From: Candidatus Micrarchaeota archaeon
Lineage (GTDB): Archaea; Micrarchaeota; Micrarchaeia; Micrarchaeales; Micrarchaeaceae
Assembly: GCA_964604635.1 (NCBI GenBank)
Contig: CAZRZO010000003.1
Coordinates: forward strand, 1 to 62,536
Reading direction: 5' to 3'
Length of the DNA stretch: 62,536 nucleotides
Shown here: in pieces, positions 38,170-47,780 of the stretch
Position numbering within the stretch: the stretch's first letter is position 1
Layout of the letters: each line of letters opens with the position of its first letter
The notes under the pieces: model-generated
The model's database searches: none
What the model was told of the DNA's origin: nothing
Seen by the model: the letters and a program-made list of their open reading frames with translations, nothing else
Position numbers and translations under genes: made by a program

Positions 38170-39585
38170 TTACACTGTACAACAACTTAATTTTTCTATA
38201 TCTTGATAAAAGTTTTGTGCAGCAAGTTTCATTGCTTCACTCAATGTTGGAAATATATAAACAGTATCTATTATATCTTCTATAGTGAGTTTGAATTTGA
38301 TCGCTAAACTTGCTTCAGCTATAATATCTGCAGCATTTCTTGAAAGTATGCTAGTTCCTATTATTTTATGTGTTTTTTTATTGATAACTATTTTTATTAA
38401 ACCTCTTTTATCTCCAATTATGTCTGATTTTGCTACTAATGAAAGAGGAATAGTAGTACAATTACATTTAATATTATTTTTATTAGCTTCAATATCAGTA
38501 TAACCTACTTTTGCTGCTTCTGGCATTGTAAATATTGCACTTGGAATTTCTAATAAGTTTATTTTTTTATTTATTTTAGTAAATGCATTTTGTGTTGCAA
38601 TATTACCTTCTTTTGCAGCCAATGTTTCAAGCATTGGATTTCCAACAACATCACCAACAGCATAAATTTCTTTAATATTTGTCATTAATGATTTATTTAT
38701 TTTAATAAATCCCTTTTTGTTTAATTTTATTCCAATATTCTCAAGTTTAAGTTTTTCTATATTTGGTTTTCTCCCAGTTGCAAAAAGTATTTCATCAGCT
38801 TCAAATATTTTATTTATTCCATTGATTTTGGTTTTTACATATTTTTTTTCTTTATTTTCATTAACTTCTATTAATTCTACATTTGTATTTATACTAATTC
38901 CATCAGTTTTTAAATAATTTGATAAAAGATTTATTATTTCTGGTTCCCAATTAGGTATTATTGTTTTACTTCTTTGCAAAAGTATTATTTTTACACCAAA
39001 ATGTGCGAACATTTGCGCAAATTCTAAACCAATTGCTCTACCACCAATAATAATCATTGAATTAGGAAGATTTTTTATTGAAAGTGCTTCTTCATTAGTT
39101 AAATATTTAATATTTTCAATTCCCTTTAATTTTGGAATATTGGCTCTTGCTCCACTAGCTATAAGTACTTTTTTAGCATATATTTCTTCTTCTCCTGCAA
39201 TAAGTATATTTTTACTTTTGAATGATCCAAATTCATTTATATATGTTACATTTTTTAAATTTTTTAATACTTCAGAATATTTTTTATTACGGAATTCACT
39301 AACAAGTTGATTAGTTTGTTCTATAATTTTTTTAAAGTTTATATTTTCAATTTTTATTTTTATACCTTCATATCTATTTTTTTTGATTTCATCAATGAAC
39401 TCACCAATTGTTATAAGTCTTTTGCTTGGTACACAACCAACATTAACACATGTACCACCAATCAATGTACCTTTTGTTTCATTTTTTCCTATCATTACTG
39501 TTTTTATATTTAAAGAATTAGCTTTTATAGCAGCAGCAAATGCAGCAGCACCATGTCCAATTATTGCATATTCAAATTTATTCAT
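38170..39585 (-). CDS. merA: mercuric reductase core (MerA, no NmerA domain)
   Basis: FAD motif GHGAAAFAAA, redox-active GGTCVNVGCVPSK, NAD motif GGRAIGLE. The C-terminus EKLSCCTV carries the vicinal Cys pair that distinguishes MerA from other pyridine nucleotide-disulfide oxidoreductases. Confidence 0.8.
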   Translation of the reverse strand: MNKFEYAIIGHGAAAFAAAIKANSLNIKTVMIGKNETKGTLIGGTCVNVGCVPSKRLITIGEFIDEIKKNRYEGIKIKIENINFKKIIEQTNQLVSEFRNKKYSEVLKNLKNVTYINEFGSFKSKNILIAGEEEIYAKKVLIASGARANIPKLKGIENIKYLTNEEALSIKNLPNSMIIIGGRAIGLEFAQMFAHFGVKIILLQRSKTIIPNWEPEIINLLSNYLKTDGISINTNVELIEVNENKEKKYVKTKINGINKIFEADEILFATGRKPNIEKLKLENIGIKLNKKGFIKINKSLMTNIKEIYAVGDVVGNPMLETLAAKEGNIATQNAFTKINKKINLLEIPSAIFTMPEAAKVGYTDIEANKNNIKCNCTTIPLSLVAKSDIIGDKRGLIKIVINKKTHKIIGTSILSRNAADIIAEASLAIKFKLTIEDIIDTVYIFPTLSEAMKLAAQNFYQDIEKLSCCTV

Positions 39586-39934
39586 TTTTATTACCTAATT
39601 TATTATTGTTTATTATATTACAAGAAGCCATATAATTTCCATATTTATCAATGTGTTTGTATATTGAATTAATTATTGGTTTTGTTTCTTTATTTATGCT
39701 ATATATACGTTCTTTACCTCTTGTTTCTTTATCTACAAATCCACAATTAAGTAAACATTGGAGATTATGCGATAAATCAGATTGCTCACAATCCATTATC
39801 TGTTGTAAACTCAATACATTCATTGATTTGTCTTTAAGGATTAATAAAATTTTGAATCTTTTTGGATTGCTAAATGCATCAAAAAATAGTTTTGTTGTTT
39901 TATTATTTATAATATCATATGTTATTTTTTTCAT
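39578..39934 (-). CDS. ArsR/SmtB family metalloregulatory transcription factor
   Basis: FFDAFSNPKRFKILLIL...LSLQQIMDCEQSDLSHNLQCLLNCGFVDKETRGKERIYS wHTH pattern. 8-nt overlap with merA. Confidence 0.75.
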   Translation of the reverse strand: MKKITYDIINNKTTKLFFDAFSNPKRFKILLILKDKSMNVLSLQQIMDCEQSDLSHNLQCLLNCGFVDKETRGKERIYSINKETKPIINSIYKHIDKYGNYMASCNIINNNKLGNKNE

Positions 39935-39953
39935 ATGTGTATTTTTTCATATG
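39926..39953. repeat. 12-nt direct repeat TTTTTTCATATG x2 across the arsR start codon
   Basis: Copies at 39926-39937 and 39942-39953. Each contains the palindrome CATATG, and the first contains the arsR ATG. Possible operator or duplicated start region. Confidence 0.3.
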
Positions 39954-40224
39954 ATTATTTAATACTTATGAAAAATTCATTGAAAAACAAATAATATGTA
40001 TAATTTAAAAAAATTGTATACATTATAAACTTGTTTGTTATAGTTCTAATTATTTTAAAATTTATGGTTTTATTATTGATTATTATGATAATTTCAGTTT
40101 TGTACTTATATTTTTAAAATTAGTATTATTTATTCAATAAAGTTTTGAATATTATATTGACTTACAAAAACCTTGAAAATCTTTAAATTAAAATTAAGTT
40201 ATAAACATAATTTTTTGTTGAAAA

Positions 40225-40299
40225 TGGGCCTGGCGAGATTTGAACTCGCGACCTACGGCTTATAAGACCGGCGCTCTAACCAGGCTGAGCTACAAGCCC
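40225..40299 (-). tRNA. tRNA-Ile (UAU)
   Basis: Acceptor GGGCTTG/CAGGCCC, D arm GCTCAGCCTGGTTAGAGC, anticodon loop CTTATAA (anticodon TAT), T arm GCGAGTTCAAATCTCGC. No intron. Confidence 0.85.
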
Positions 40300-40361
40300 A
40301 TTATTTTTAATAAAAGCTTAAAATCATTAAATAAACAAAAAATTTACAAATATAAATTTAA

Positions 40362-43300
40362 TTAAGGCATTGTTAAATTATTATGGATCCAAAATGGTTT
40401 TGTTGGTGTATTTGGTAAAGTTCCTGTAAAGTTATTTAACTTAAGAATTCTTAATGGTAATGTATAATTTATTAAATTAATACCATTTGTATATGTATTT
40501 GAAATATTTGGCCAAACTTCTTTAAATCCATTTAATTTCCCATAAAAAAATCCTTTATAGAAATTAGAATTATAAAAGTATGATGGTGCATTTTCAACTG
40601 TATTATTTGGACCATTTGGTGTGTAAATTACTAATTCACTCACATAATCTTGGTTATTAATTGGAATTATGCCTTGATATGTTATTCTAGGATCATTAAA
40701 CGAAACAAATGCATTTAATTTTTGTTTTGTTGATGAATATAATCTTAATGCGTTATTTTTATTTGGTTTTGAATTAATACAAACAGTATGATTTTCTAAT
40801 GAATTATTTACTACTAAATATGATTTAATAAATAAATCAGTATTATTTGAAAAAGAACAATAATTATCAATATTTTGTTTGCTTGAATTTGGAATAATTG
40901 CTGATAATGGAATTAATGCATATTCTGGATCATGTGTTATTTCACATTGTGAATGACCTAAAGCATATGGAACTGGTGGATTTTGTGAATGTCCTTCTGC
41001 AATTGCAAATGCTTTTGATGTAGCATTTATATTAATACAAGCTAAGAAGTCTAATGCACCCCATTTTGGTATTAATCCCCCATCAAATATTATGTATTCT
41101 GTTTGATTTGTATTCATAAAATTAATTAATTTTGATTCATTATAACCATATATTGGTCCAAGTACATAATTTGCAGCAGCACTATAATCTTCTTTTGAAA
41201 CTGAGTTATCTCCTCTTAATACTGCATTACTATTTCCAAACCAGTTAATCCAGTCACCATAATCCCACCATGATAAAATTCTAGGTCCATAAGGTCCAAT
41301 ATTCTGTTTCATCCATTGTGTTGCACTTAACCAATAATAAGGTACTTGATTACAAAATGCGTCTGAACCAATAAGATTTCCAGAACTTCTAAATGTACTG
41401 CATTCCTGAGAAATATTAGAATTAGTATTATAATGTACAATTACTGCTTGAATTGATTGTATCATTGATTTACTTTCACCAAAAATAAAGGTTCCTATAC
41501 TAATAACAGAAGTAATTTCAATTAATATAATAATTATTATTAATACAATAAACACATTTCTTTGATTTTTAGTACTTATTATTTTTTTATTAAATACTAG
41601 ATAAAATAAGAATATTAATGCTAAAATTGAAGAAATAAAGAACAATGCAATTGCAAAAACTGAAAATGCAAATGTTTTATTATTTAAATAAACAGATTTT
41701 AATGCTGATTTTATATCTAAGTTTTTAAATTCAGTAAAATTTTTACTTTTTAATACTAATATTTCTCCTATTAAAATACCAATTATCATTACATATGCAA
41801 CGCTTAAATGGGGAATATATTTAACTTCTGATAATCCTGCAAATAATAAAGGAAATAAAATTACAAGATATAAAACTCCAACTTTATCTCTTCTAAATAT
41901 AATACTTATTAATATCAATAAGACTCCAATAATAATTACTGTAAAAAATAACAATGAAAAATTAAAAAGTCCAATAGCAATAATTCCAAATCCATTGCTA
42001 GCAAAATTAAATCTTAATCCTGTTGGAATGAATTCCTGAACAGTCATAAATAAAGGTGTTGAAGGTGTTGTAAATTTAGCACTTAAATTAAGATAATCAT
42101 GAATTGGCTTTCCAATTGGGGTAAATAATATAATTAAACTTAAAATAATTACAATAAATACAAAAAATAATAAATAAGATTTAAAGTCAAGTTTTTTAAA
42201 TAATATTTTATATTTATAAAGTATTTTTGGAAAATATTCTAATATTGCAATAATTAATAATGCAAATAAAGGTCCACTTAATGTTATTGGAATTCCTAAT
42301 ACATTTGGGATTCGGCCACTAAGAGTTGCATGATATTGATGATAAATTACTAGAAAAATTGCAATAATACTAATTACTATTGCATTCATTTTATAGAAAT
42401 TTATATCCCAATCTCTTCTTAAGATATTTATTATCCCTTGAATTAAAATATATAATGTAAGTACTCCTGCATCAACAGTATAATAATGTGCTCCTAAAAA
42501 TGTTGAAGCAAATGCAATACCAGCTAAAATAGCAAATCTATGATTTTTCATATTTTTTACTGCTAGCATATATGTTGCAAAGAAAAAGAATAAAGAAAAT
42601 ATACCCCATGGTTCTAATAATTGTTCTCCAGCAACAAATGTTGTAAATAAAACAGGAATTGTTGCGATTAATCCAGCACTTATTAATCCAACTTTCTCAT
42701 CATATTGTTTATATATTAATAAAAATATCACAAAAACTAATAATGCTGCAACTAAAGGTGGATATACACTACTCACTTTGCTCATTAATGCTGTATTAAA
42801 TGTTGAATAATGTGTAAATATATTCATTAAACTATACCAATATGCTTCTAAATAAGGTATTATTGGTTGTATTCTCAATACAGTTCCTTGTGCAACAACA
42901 GGCCATGCAGAGGGTGAATATAATAATTGATATCCATATGTTAAGATTGATTGAGTATTAATCATATCAAAATAAGGATCAAATTCAAAATAAGTGGATG
43001 AAGTACCTAATCCAATTATTCTTGTTATAAATACAATAAGCATTAATACAAATAAAATTCCAAATGCAATTTTTGTAATATCTCTTATTTTACTTTTCAA
43101 AGGTTTGTTATTTTTTAAATTATTCAATAATATTTCTTCTTCTTTTTTATGCATTTCTATTAATTGATTTTCTTCTTTTTTATGCATTTCAATAATTTTT
43201 TGTTTTTCTTCAATTGACAATTCTGAAATGTTCTGTAATTCATTTATTTGTTTTAATTTAAGATTCTTTTCTTCTTCAATATGGTCTTTTAGTATATTTT

Positions 43301-43712
43301 CTGCTTTTTGAAATTGTTTTAATTCTTGTCTTAATTCATTTATATCTAATTCATATTCATTTTTTAATTCTTGTCGTTCTTCTTTTTCTTTAATAATAAA
43401 GAAATCCGAGAACACTTTTTTTGTTATAATTCCTTGTTGTATACATAATATAAATCCAATTATTGAAAGAATAAGTGCATTTAGTTCAAATAACCCTAAT
43501 GAAAACGAAAAAAAATGAATATAATTAATAAAATAAGATTCAATCCAAGTTAAAGTTGCTGGTGCAATAAGTCCAAAAATAAAACCAATTACCCCAATTT
43601 CAAATAATCTTAAATCTGTTTTTTTTAAAAGTGCTAAAGCTAAAAGAAATCCTGGAATAAATAGTGATAAAAATGCAATAATACTTGCAATAATTGTTCC
43701 AATAATTATCAT
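40362..43712 (-). CDS. aglB: oligosaccharyltransferase AglB (STT3 family) with N-terminal 3-TM + coiled-coil extension
   Basis: WWDYGDW motif (SWWDYGDWINW), EFDPYFD first-loop motif, more than 13 TM, large C-terminal soluble domain. Confidence 0.9.
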   Translation of the reverse strand: MIIIGTIIASIIAFLSLFIPGFLLALALLKKTDLRLFEIGVIGFIFGLIAPATLTWIESYFINYIHFFSFSLGLFELNALILSIIGFILCIQQGIITKKVFSDFFIIKEKEERQELKNEYELDINELRQELKQFQKAENILKDHIEEEKNLKLKQINELQNISELSIEEKQKIIEMHKKEENQLIEMHKKEEEILLNNLKNNKPLKSKIRDITKIAFGILFVLMLIVFITRIIGLGTSSTYFEFDPYFDMINTQSILTYGYQLLYSPSAWPVVAQGTVLRIQPIIPYLEAYWYSLMNIFTHYSTFNTALMSKVSSVYPPLVAALLVFVIFLLIYKQYDEKVGLISAGLIATIPVLFTTFVAGEQLLEPWGIFSLFFFFATYMLAVKNMKNHRFAILAGIAFASTFLGAHYYTVDAGVLTLYILIQGIINILRRDWDINFYKMNAIVISIIAIFLVIYHQYHATLSGRIPNVLGIPITLSGPLFALLIIAILEYFPKILYKYKILFKKLDFKSYLLFFVFIVIILSLIILFTPIGKPIHDYLNLSAKFTTPSTPLFMTVQEFIPTGLRFNFASNGFGIIAIGLFNFSLLFFTVIIIGVLLILISIIFRRDKVGVLYLVILFPLLFAGLSEVKYIPHLSVAYVMIIGILIGEILVLKSKNFTEFKNLDIKSALKSVYLNNKTFAFSVFAIALFFISSILALIFLFYLVFNKKIISTKNQRNVFIVLIIIIILIEITSVISIGTFIFGESKSMIQSIQAVIVHYNTNSNISQECSTFRSSGNLIGSDAFCNQVPYYWLSATQWMKQNIGPYGPRILSWWDYGDWINWFGNSNAVLRGDNSVSKEDYSAAANYVLGPIYGYNESKLINFMNTNQTEYIIFDGGLIPKWGALDFLACININATSKAFAIAEGHSQNPPVPYALGHSQCEITHDPEYALIPLSAIIPNSSKQNIDNYCSFSNNTDLFIKSYLVVNNSLENHTVCINSKPNKNNALRLYSSTKQKLNAFVSFNDPRITYQGIIPINNQDYVSELVIYTPNGPNNTVENAPSYFYNSNFYKGFFYGKLNGFKEVWPNISNTYTNGINLINYTLPLRILKLNNFTGTLPNTPTKPFWIHNNLTMP
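43137..43190. repeat. tandem duplication inside aglB (21-nt exact core, 33-nt period)
   Basis: TTCTTCTTTTTTATGCATTTC occurs at 43137-43157 and 43170-43190. It encodes EMHKKEE twice, 11 aa apart, within the coiled-coil insert. Confidence 0.8.
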
Positions 43713-43834
43713 AATATCAATTAAATTAGTTTAAGTTTTTTAAGAAAAGGTATATTTATTAATTATATAATTAATACTATATGTTTTATGCGAAACTATT
43801 TAAATTTTGTTTAATTTTATTTTAATGTGATTTA

Positions 43835-44449
43835 ATGGTTGATTTTTCTAATGATTTTACTGATACACTTATATCAATTTTAGAACCAGAAGTACAAGAA
43901 AAATATAGTTTATCTTTAATTAAATTATTAACTAATCCAGGTTCAATAATAGATACTGTAAATATTAATGAAAAAATAACTAATATTAAAACAGATGTAA
44001 ATAATTATATTAGTAATTTACTTTCTAAAAGTAGTGAGAAACAATTAGAATTAGATAAAACAATGGATAATATAAATAATTTGTCTATACAACTAGAACA
44101 ATTAATTAATTTAGAATCAAATCAAAAACAATTACCTATTTTAACATCAATTTTTGAACATAATGAAAAGCAAGATCAAACAATATATCTTGAAAAATTT
44201 GGTGATAATGAACAATTATTAGTTAAAAAATTTATTGATTCATCTATATTTATTATAAATATGTCTGAAGTTTATAATCATTATAAAATTGGTCATTGGG
44301 TATTTTCTGGAAATAAAAACTATAAAATAAAAGTTCATGTACCTGAAAATGAACTTTTAATTATTGAATCAACAAAAATAGAAATAAATGACTTATTAAA
44401 TCAATCACTATCTTTTTTTTCTTTACAATTACCTAAAACAAGTTTTTGA
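43835..44449 (+). CDS. hypothetical protein (204 aa)
   Basis: Clean ORF whose stop abuts the next gene (TGAtATG). No motif recognised. Confidence 0.4.
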   Translation: MVDFSNDFTDTLISILEPEVQEKYSLSLIKLLTNPGSIIDTVNINEKITNIKTDVNNYISNLLSKSSEKQLELDKTMDNINNLSIQLEQLINLESNQKQLPILTSIFEHNEKQDQTIYLEKFGDNEQLLVKKFIDSSIFIINMSEVYNHYKIGHWVFSGNKNYKIKVHVPENELLIIESTKIEINDLLNQSLSFFSLQLPKTSF

Positions 44450-44450
44450 T

Positions 44451-45059
44451 ATGTTAATTATTGCAGTAACAGGATCTCCAGGAGCAGGAAAAACTTATTT
44501 TTCTCAAATAATTAAGCAAAATATAAAAAAACTAAAGATAATTGAATTAAATAATCTTGTTAATAAATATAAAATATTTACTGTTGATAAAGATAATGAA
44601 AAAATTGCAAATATTGGAAAATTAAATAATATTATTAAACAATATATAAAGAAAATGAAGCAAGCAGATAATAAGCAAGCATTAATTAAAGGATTAATTT
44701 TTGTTGGACATCTTGCACCTGAATTAAATATAATATTTGACTATTCTTTTATAATTAGAATAAATTTAAAAACAATGGAGCAAAGATTAAAGAAAAGAAA
44801 ATATAATAAAAATAAAATAAAAGAAAATATAATATCTGAAGCATTAGATTATTGCGGAATTAAAATAACTAATATATCTAATAAAACTTATGAATTAGAA
44901 ACAAACATAGAAAAGCAAAAAGCAATAAAATTTCTTGAAATTATTTTAAATAATAACAAAAAACAAACACTAACTCCTAATTTAAAATTTAGAGTTTATA
45001 TTAATAAAATGCCAGAACTTTTAAAAATGATTAAAAATCATAATACTTATAAATTTTAA
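44451..45059 (+). CDS. P-loop NTPase, Fap7/adenylate kinase 6-like
   Basis: IIAVTGSPGAGKTYFS Walker A at the extreme N-terminus. Size is about 200 aa, as in archaeal Fap7/AK6. Confidence 0.45.
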   Translation: MLIIAVTGSPGAGKTYFSQIIKQNIKKLKIIELNNLVNKYKIFTVDKDNEKIANIGKLNNIIKQYIKKMKQADNKQALIKGLIFVGHLAPELNIIFDYSFIIRINLKTMEQRLKKRKYNKNKIKENIISEALDYCGIKITNISNKTYELETNIEKQKAIKFLEIILNNNKKQTLTPNLKFRVYINKMPELLKMIKNHNTYKF

Positions 45060-45117
45060 ATTAATTATAGTTAATAAATTTAATTGTAAATTAAAAAATA
45101 ATATAATAGATGAAACC

Positions 45118-45468
45118 ATGACTAATAGTAAGTTGAATCAAGAAAATAATGATGATGTTAATACAATAAAACAAATACAAGAGCAGGAACAGAAAGCAAA
45201 CAATTTAATAGATGAAAGCAATGCAAAAAAACTTATTGCATTAAAACAAGCAAAAGATAAAGCAGATGAAATAATAAAAAAAACAATGAAAATAATCAAA
45301 GATTCTAGAACATATCAATTAGCTAAAATAAATAAAGAATTAAATTTAAAAAAACAAAAAGAGCTTAAAAATGTAGAAGAATATTTAATTAAATTAAAAT
45401 CAATGAAATTGAATTCAAAACAATTAATTCAAATATCTGATCAAATTATACAACAAATAATTAAATAG
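45118..45468 (+). CDS. atpH: A-type ATP synthase subunit H
   Basis: Small all-helical K/E/Q-rich protein directly upstream of atpI, in the conserved operon position. Confidence 0.6.
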   Translation: MTNSKLNQENNDDVNTIKQIQEQEQKANNLIDESNAKKLIALKQAKDKADEIIKKTMKIIKDSRTYQLAKINKELNLKKQKELKNVEEYLIKLKSMKLNSKQLIQISDQIIQQIIK

Positions 45469-45536
45469 TATATTTTGAATTAAATTATAAAATAATTGGA
45501 ATTAAAAGATAATAAAATAAACTTATTCTTTAGATA

Positions 45537-47435
45537 ATGATGTTTATGTTTAAAACAGAACCAATGAAAAAAATACGTATTATTTCAATAACTCAAAATA
45601 GAGAAAAATTAATACAAAATTTACATAAACAAGGTATATTAGAAATTAAAAAATCAGAGATTTCTATTGAAGATGATTCTGTTTCTCAATTTGAAAATCA
45701 AATTTCAGATTCTTTGATAAAAGTGAGTGGTGCATTACAAATTTTAGAAGATAAAATAAAAGATTTAAAAATAATACCTCAAAAAAATCAAGATAAAATA
45801 AAACACATAAATCTTAAAAATTTATTAAATTCAGTAATTGAATTAAAATCAATTGATAATGTTTATGAACTAAAACAGCAGCAAAATTCTATTAATGAGG
45901 ATTTAGCAAAATTGGAAAAAGCAGAAAATACTGCTAATATGTTTAAGGAAATAAATATTAATTTTAGTAATCTTAATAACAGTATTTTAAAATTTAATGC
46001 ATTTTTATGTGATTATAAAACTTCTCTTTTATTTGAACAGCACCTTAAAAAAATAAAAAATCAAGGAATAATAACTAAAAAAGTTTCTAAAGATTTATTT
46101 TTATTGTTTATATTTTATCATAAAAATAACGAGTTACAAGTAAATGAAATATTAAAAACAATCAAAATAAAAGAAATTGATCTTAAGCAAATTTATTTAG
46201 ATGGAACACCTAAGCAAATACTTAAAACAGTATCATTGAAAAAACATTTAAATCAAATTCAATTACTAAAATTTGATAATGATTTTAAAAAAATAATTTT
46301 AGACCAATATCTTAGGTATACTTCTATAAAAGAAATGCTTCAGATTGAACTACAAAGATCTACAATTAGTTCTAATTTCAAAAAAACACAGAAAACAATT
46401 ATTATAGAAGGTTGGGTTCCAAGTAAAAAGTTTAATGAATTCAATATTTCTCTGAATAAAATAACAAATAATGAAATAGTTATTGAAGAAATCAAAACAA
46501 CAGAACTAGCACCAACATTATTAAATAGACCTGGTATTTTAGGATCTTTTGATTATATAATGGAATTTTTATCAGTTCCAAGAAGTGATGAAATTGATCC
46601 TACTTGGATATTTATATTTTCTTTTTTAATTTTTTATGGGATAATGGTAAGTGATGTTGGTTATGGTGTATTGTCTCTTTTATTTGCAATAGGTATAACA
46701 AAAATAACAGACCGTGAAGGTCTTGTGTATAATGTTGCTAAAATATGGCAAATAAGTGCATTGTCAGCAATTGTTTTTGGATTTTTATCAAATCAATATT
46801 TTGGATTTAGTTTAAATAATTACTTTATAAATTATCAAGCATTTAGTTGGATTAAAGATATGCAGTTTCTTATATTACTAACAGTGTTTTTTGGTGTTGC
46901 GCAAGTAATAATTGGTCTTATGTTTAGTTTTATAAATAATTATAATAAACATAATATATCTTTAGCAATAAGTAAAATAACTTCAATATTAACAATAATT
47001 TTTGGGATTTTAGCAATTGCTGGTGGATTATTTTATTTATTAAATAGTTTTCAAACAATGATATGGTCAATTCTTGCAATTATATCTTTAATTATAACAG
47101 GGGTTTTAAGTGGTATTGAAGCAACAGAACTTACTAATTTAATAACACATCCATTAAGTTATGCGAGACTTTTTGGTTTTGGATTAGCAAGCATTATTAT
47201 TGCAATGCTAATTGATCAAGCATTTACTCCAACATTATCTCTTGGTATACCAATGTTTATTATTTTTTCAATAATATTTATATTACTCCATTTTTTAAAT
47301 ATGATAATGACTATTTTTGAAGGTTTAGTACAAGGAGTAAGATTAAATTATGTTGAATTTTTTTCAAAGTTTTATACTGGTGGTGGAAGTAAATTTAAAC
47401 CATTTTCATATAAAAGAAATTATACTAAAGACTAA
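45537..47435 (+). CDS. atpI: A-type ATP synthase subunit I (a-subunit)
   Basis: About 330-aa soluble coiled N-domain plus a C-terminal polytopic domain with LSYARLFGFGLAS (conserved Arg). Confidence 0.9.
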   Translation: MMFMFKTEPMKKIRIISITQNREKLIQNLHKQGILEIKKSEISIEDDSVSQFENQISDSLIKVSGALQILEDKIKDLKIIPQKNQDKIKHINLKNLLNSVIELKSIDNVYELKQQQNSINEDLAKLEKAENTANMFKEININFSNLNNSILKFNAFLCDYKTSLLFEQHLKKIKNQGIITKKVSKDLFLLFIFYHKNNELQVNEILKTIKIKEIDLKQIYLDGTPKQILKTVSLKKHLNQIQLLKFDNDFKKIILDQYLRYTSIKEMLQIELQRSTISSNFKKTQKTIIIEGWVPSKKFNEFNISLNKITNNEIVIEEIKTTELAPTLLNRPGILGSFDYIMEFLSVPRSDEIDPTWIFIFSFLIFYGIMVSDVGYGVLSLLFAIGITKITDREGLVYNVAKIWQISALSAIVFGFLSNQYFGFSLNNYFINYQAFSWIKDMQFLILLTVFFGVAQVIIGLMFSFINNYNKHNISLAISKITSILTIIFGILAIAGGLFYLLNSFQTMIWSILAIISLIITGVLSGIEATELTNLITHPLSYARLFGFGLASIIIAMLIDQAFTPTLSLGIPMFIIFSIIFILLHFLNMIMTIFEGLVQGVRLNYVEFFSKFYTGGGSKFKPFSYKRNYTKD

Positions 47436-47515
47436 ATAAAAAATTAATTAAACTAAAACTATTATAAATTGTAGTAAAAATAGAATATAATAAAAAATGA
47501 ATATAAGGTGATTTA

Positions 47516-47752
47516 TTGGTAATACAATTAGCAGCAGCAGTAGCATCAATTGGTGCAGGATTAGCTATTTTAGGCGGAGCAGTTGGAACAGGTATTGCAC
47601 AATCAGCAATTGGTAGTGCAGGTCTTGGATTAATTGCAGAGAAACCAGAAGAAATGGGAAGAGTTTTATTATTCTTAGTTCTTCCAGAAACATTACTAAT
47701 TTTTGGATTCGTAATTTCAATATTAATAATGTTAAATGCTGGTTTAATATAA
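47516..47752 (+). CDS. atpK: A-type ATP synthase subunit K (c-ring proteolipid, single hairpin)
   Basis: Gly-rich helix 1 (GAGLAILGGAVGTGIAQSAIG) and helix 2 with LPET carboxylate. TTG start follows GGTGAT plus 3 nt. Confidence 0.9.
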   Translation: MVIQLAAAVASIGAGLAILGGAVGTGIAQSAIGSAGLGLIAEKPEEMGRVLLFLVLPETLLIFGFVISILIMLNAGLI

Positions 47753-47780
47753 TAAAATTAGATAAAAATGAAAGGATTTA

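Noticed and set aside
40064-40117. 17-codon hydrophobic mini-ORF (MVLLLIIMIISVLYLYF) between arsR and tRNA-Ile
   Set aside because: It is too short, has no SD at the standard spacing, and such ORFs arise easily in T-rich DNA.
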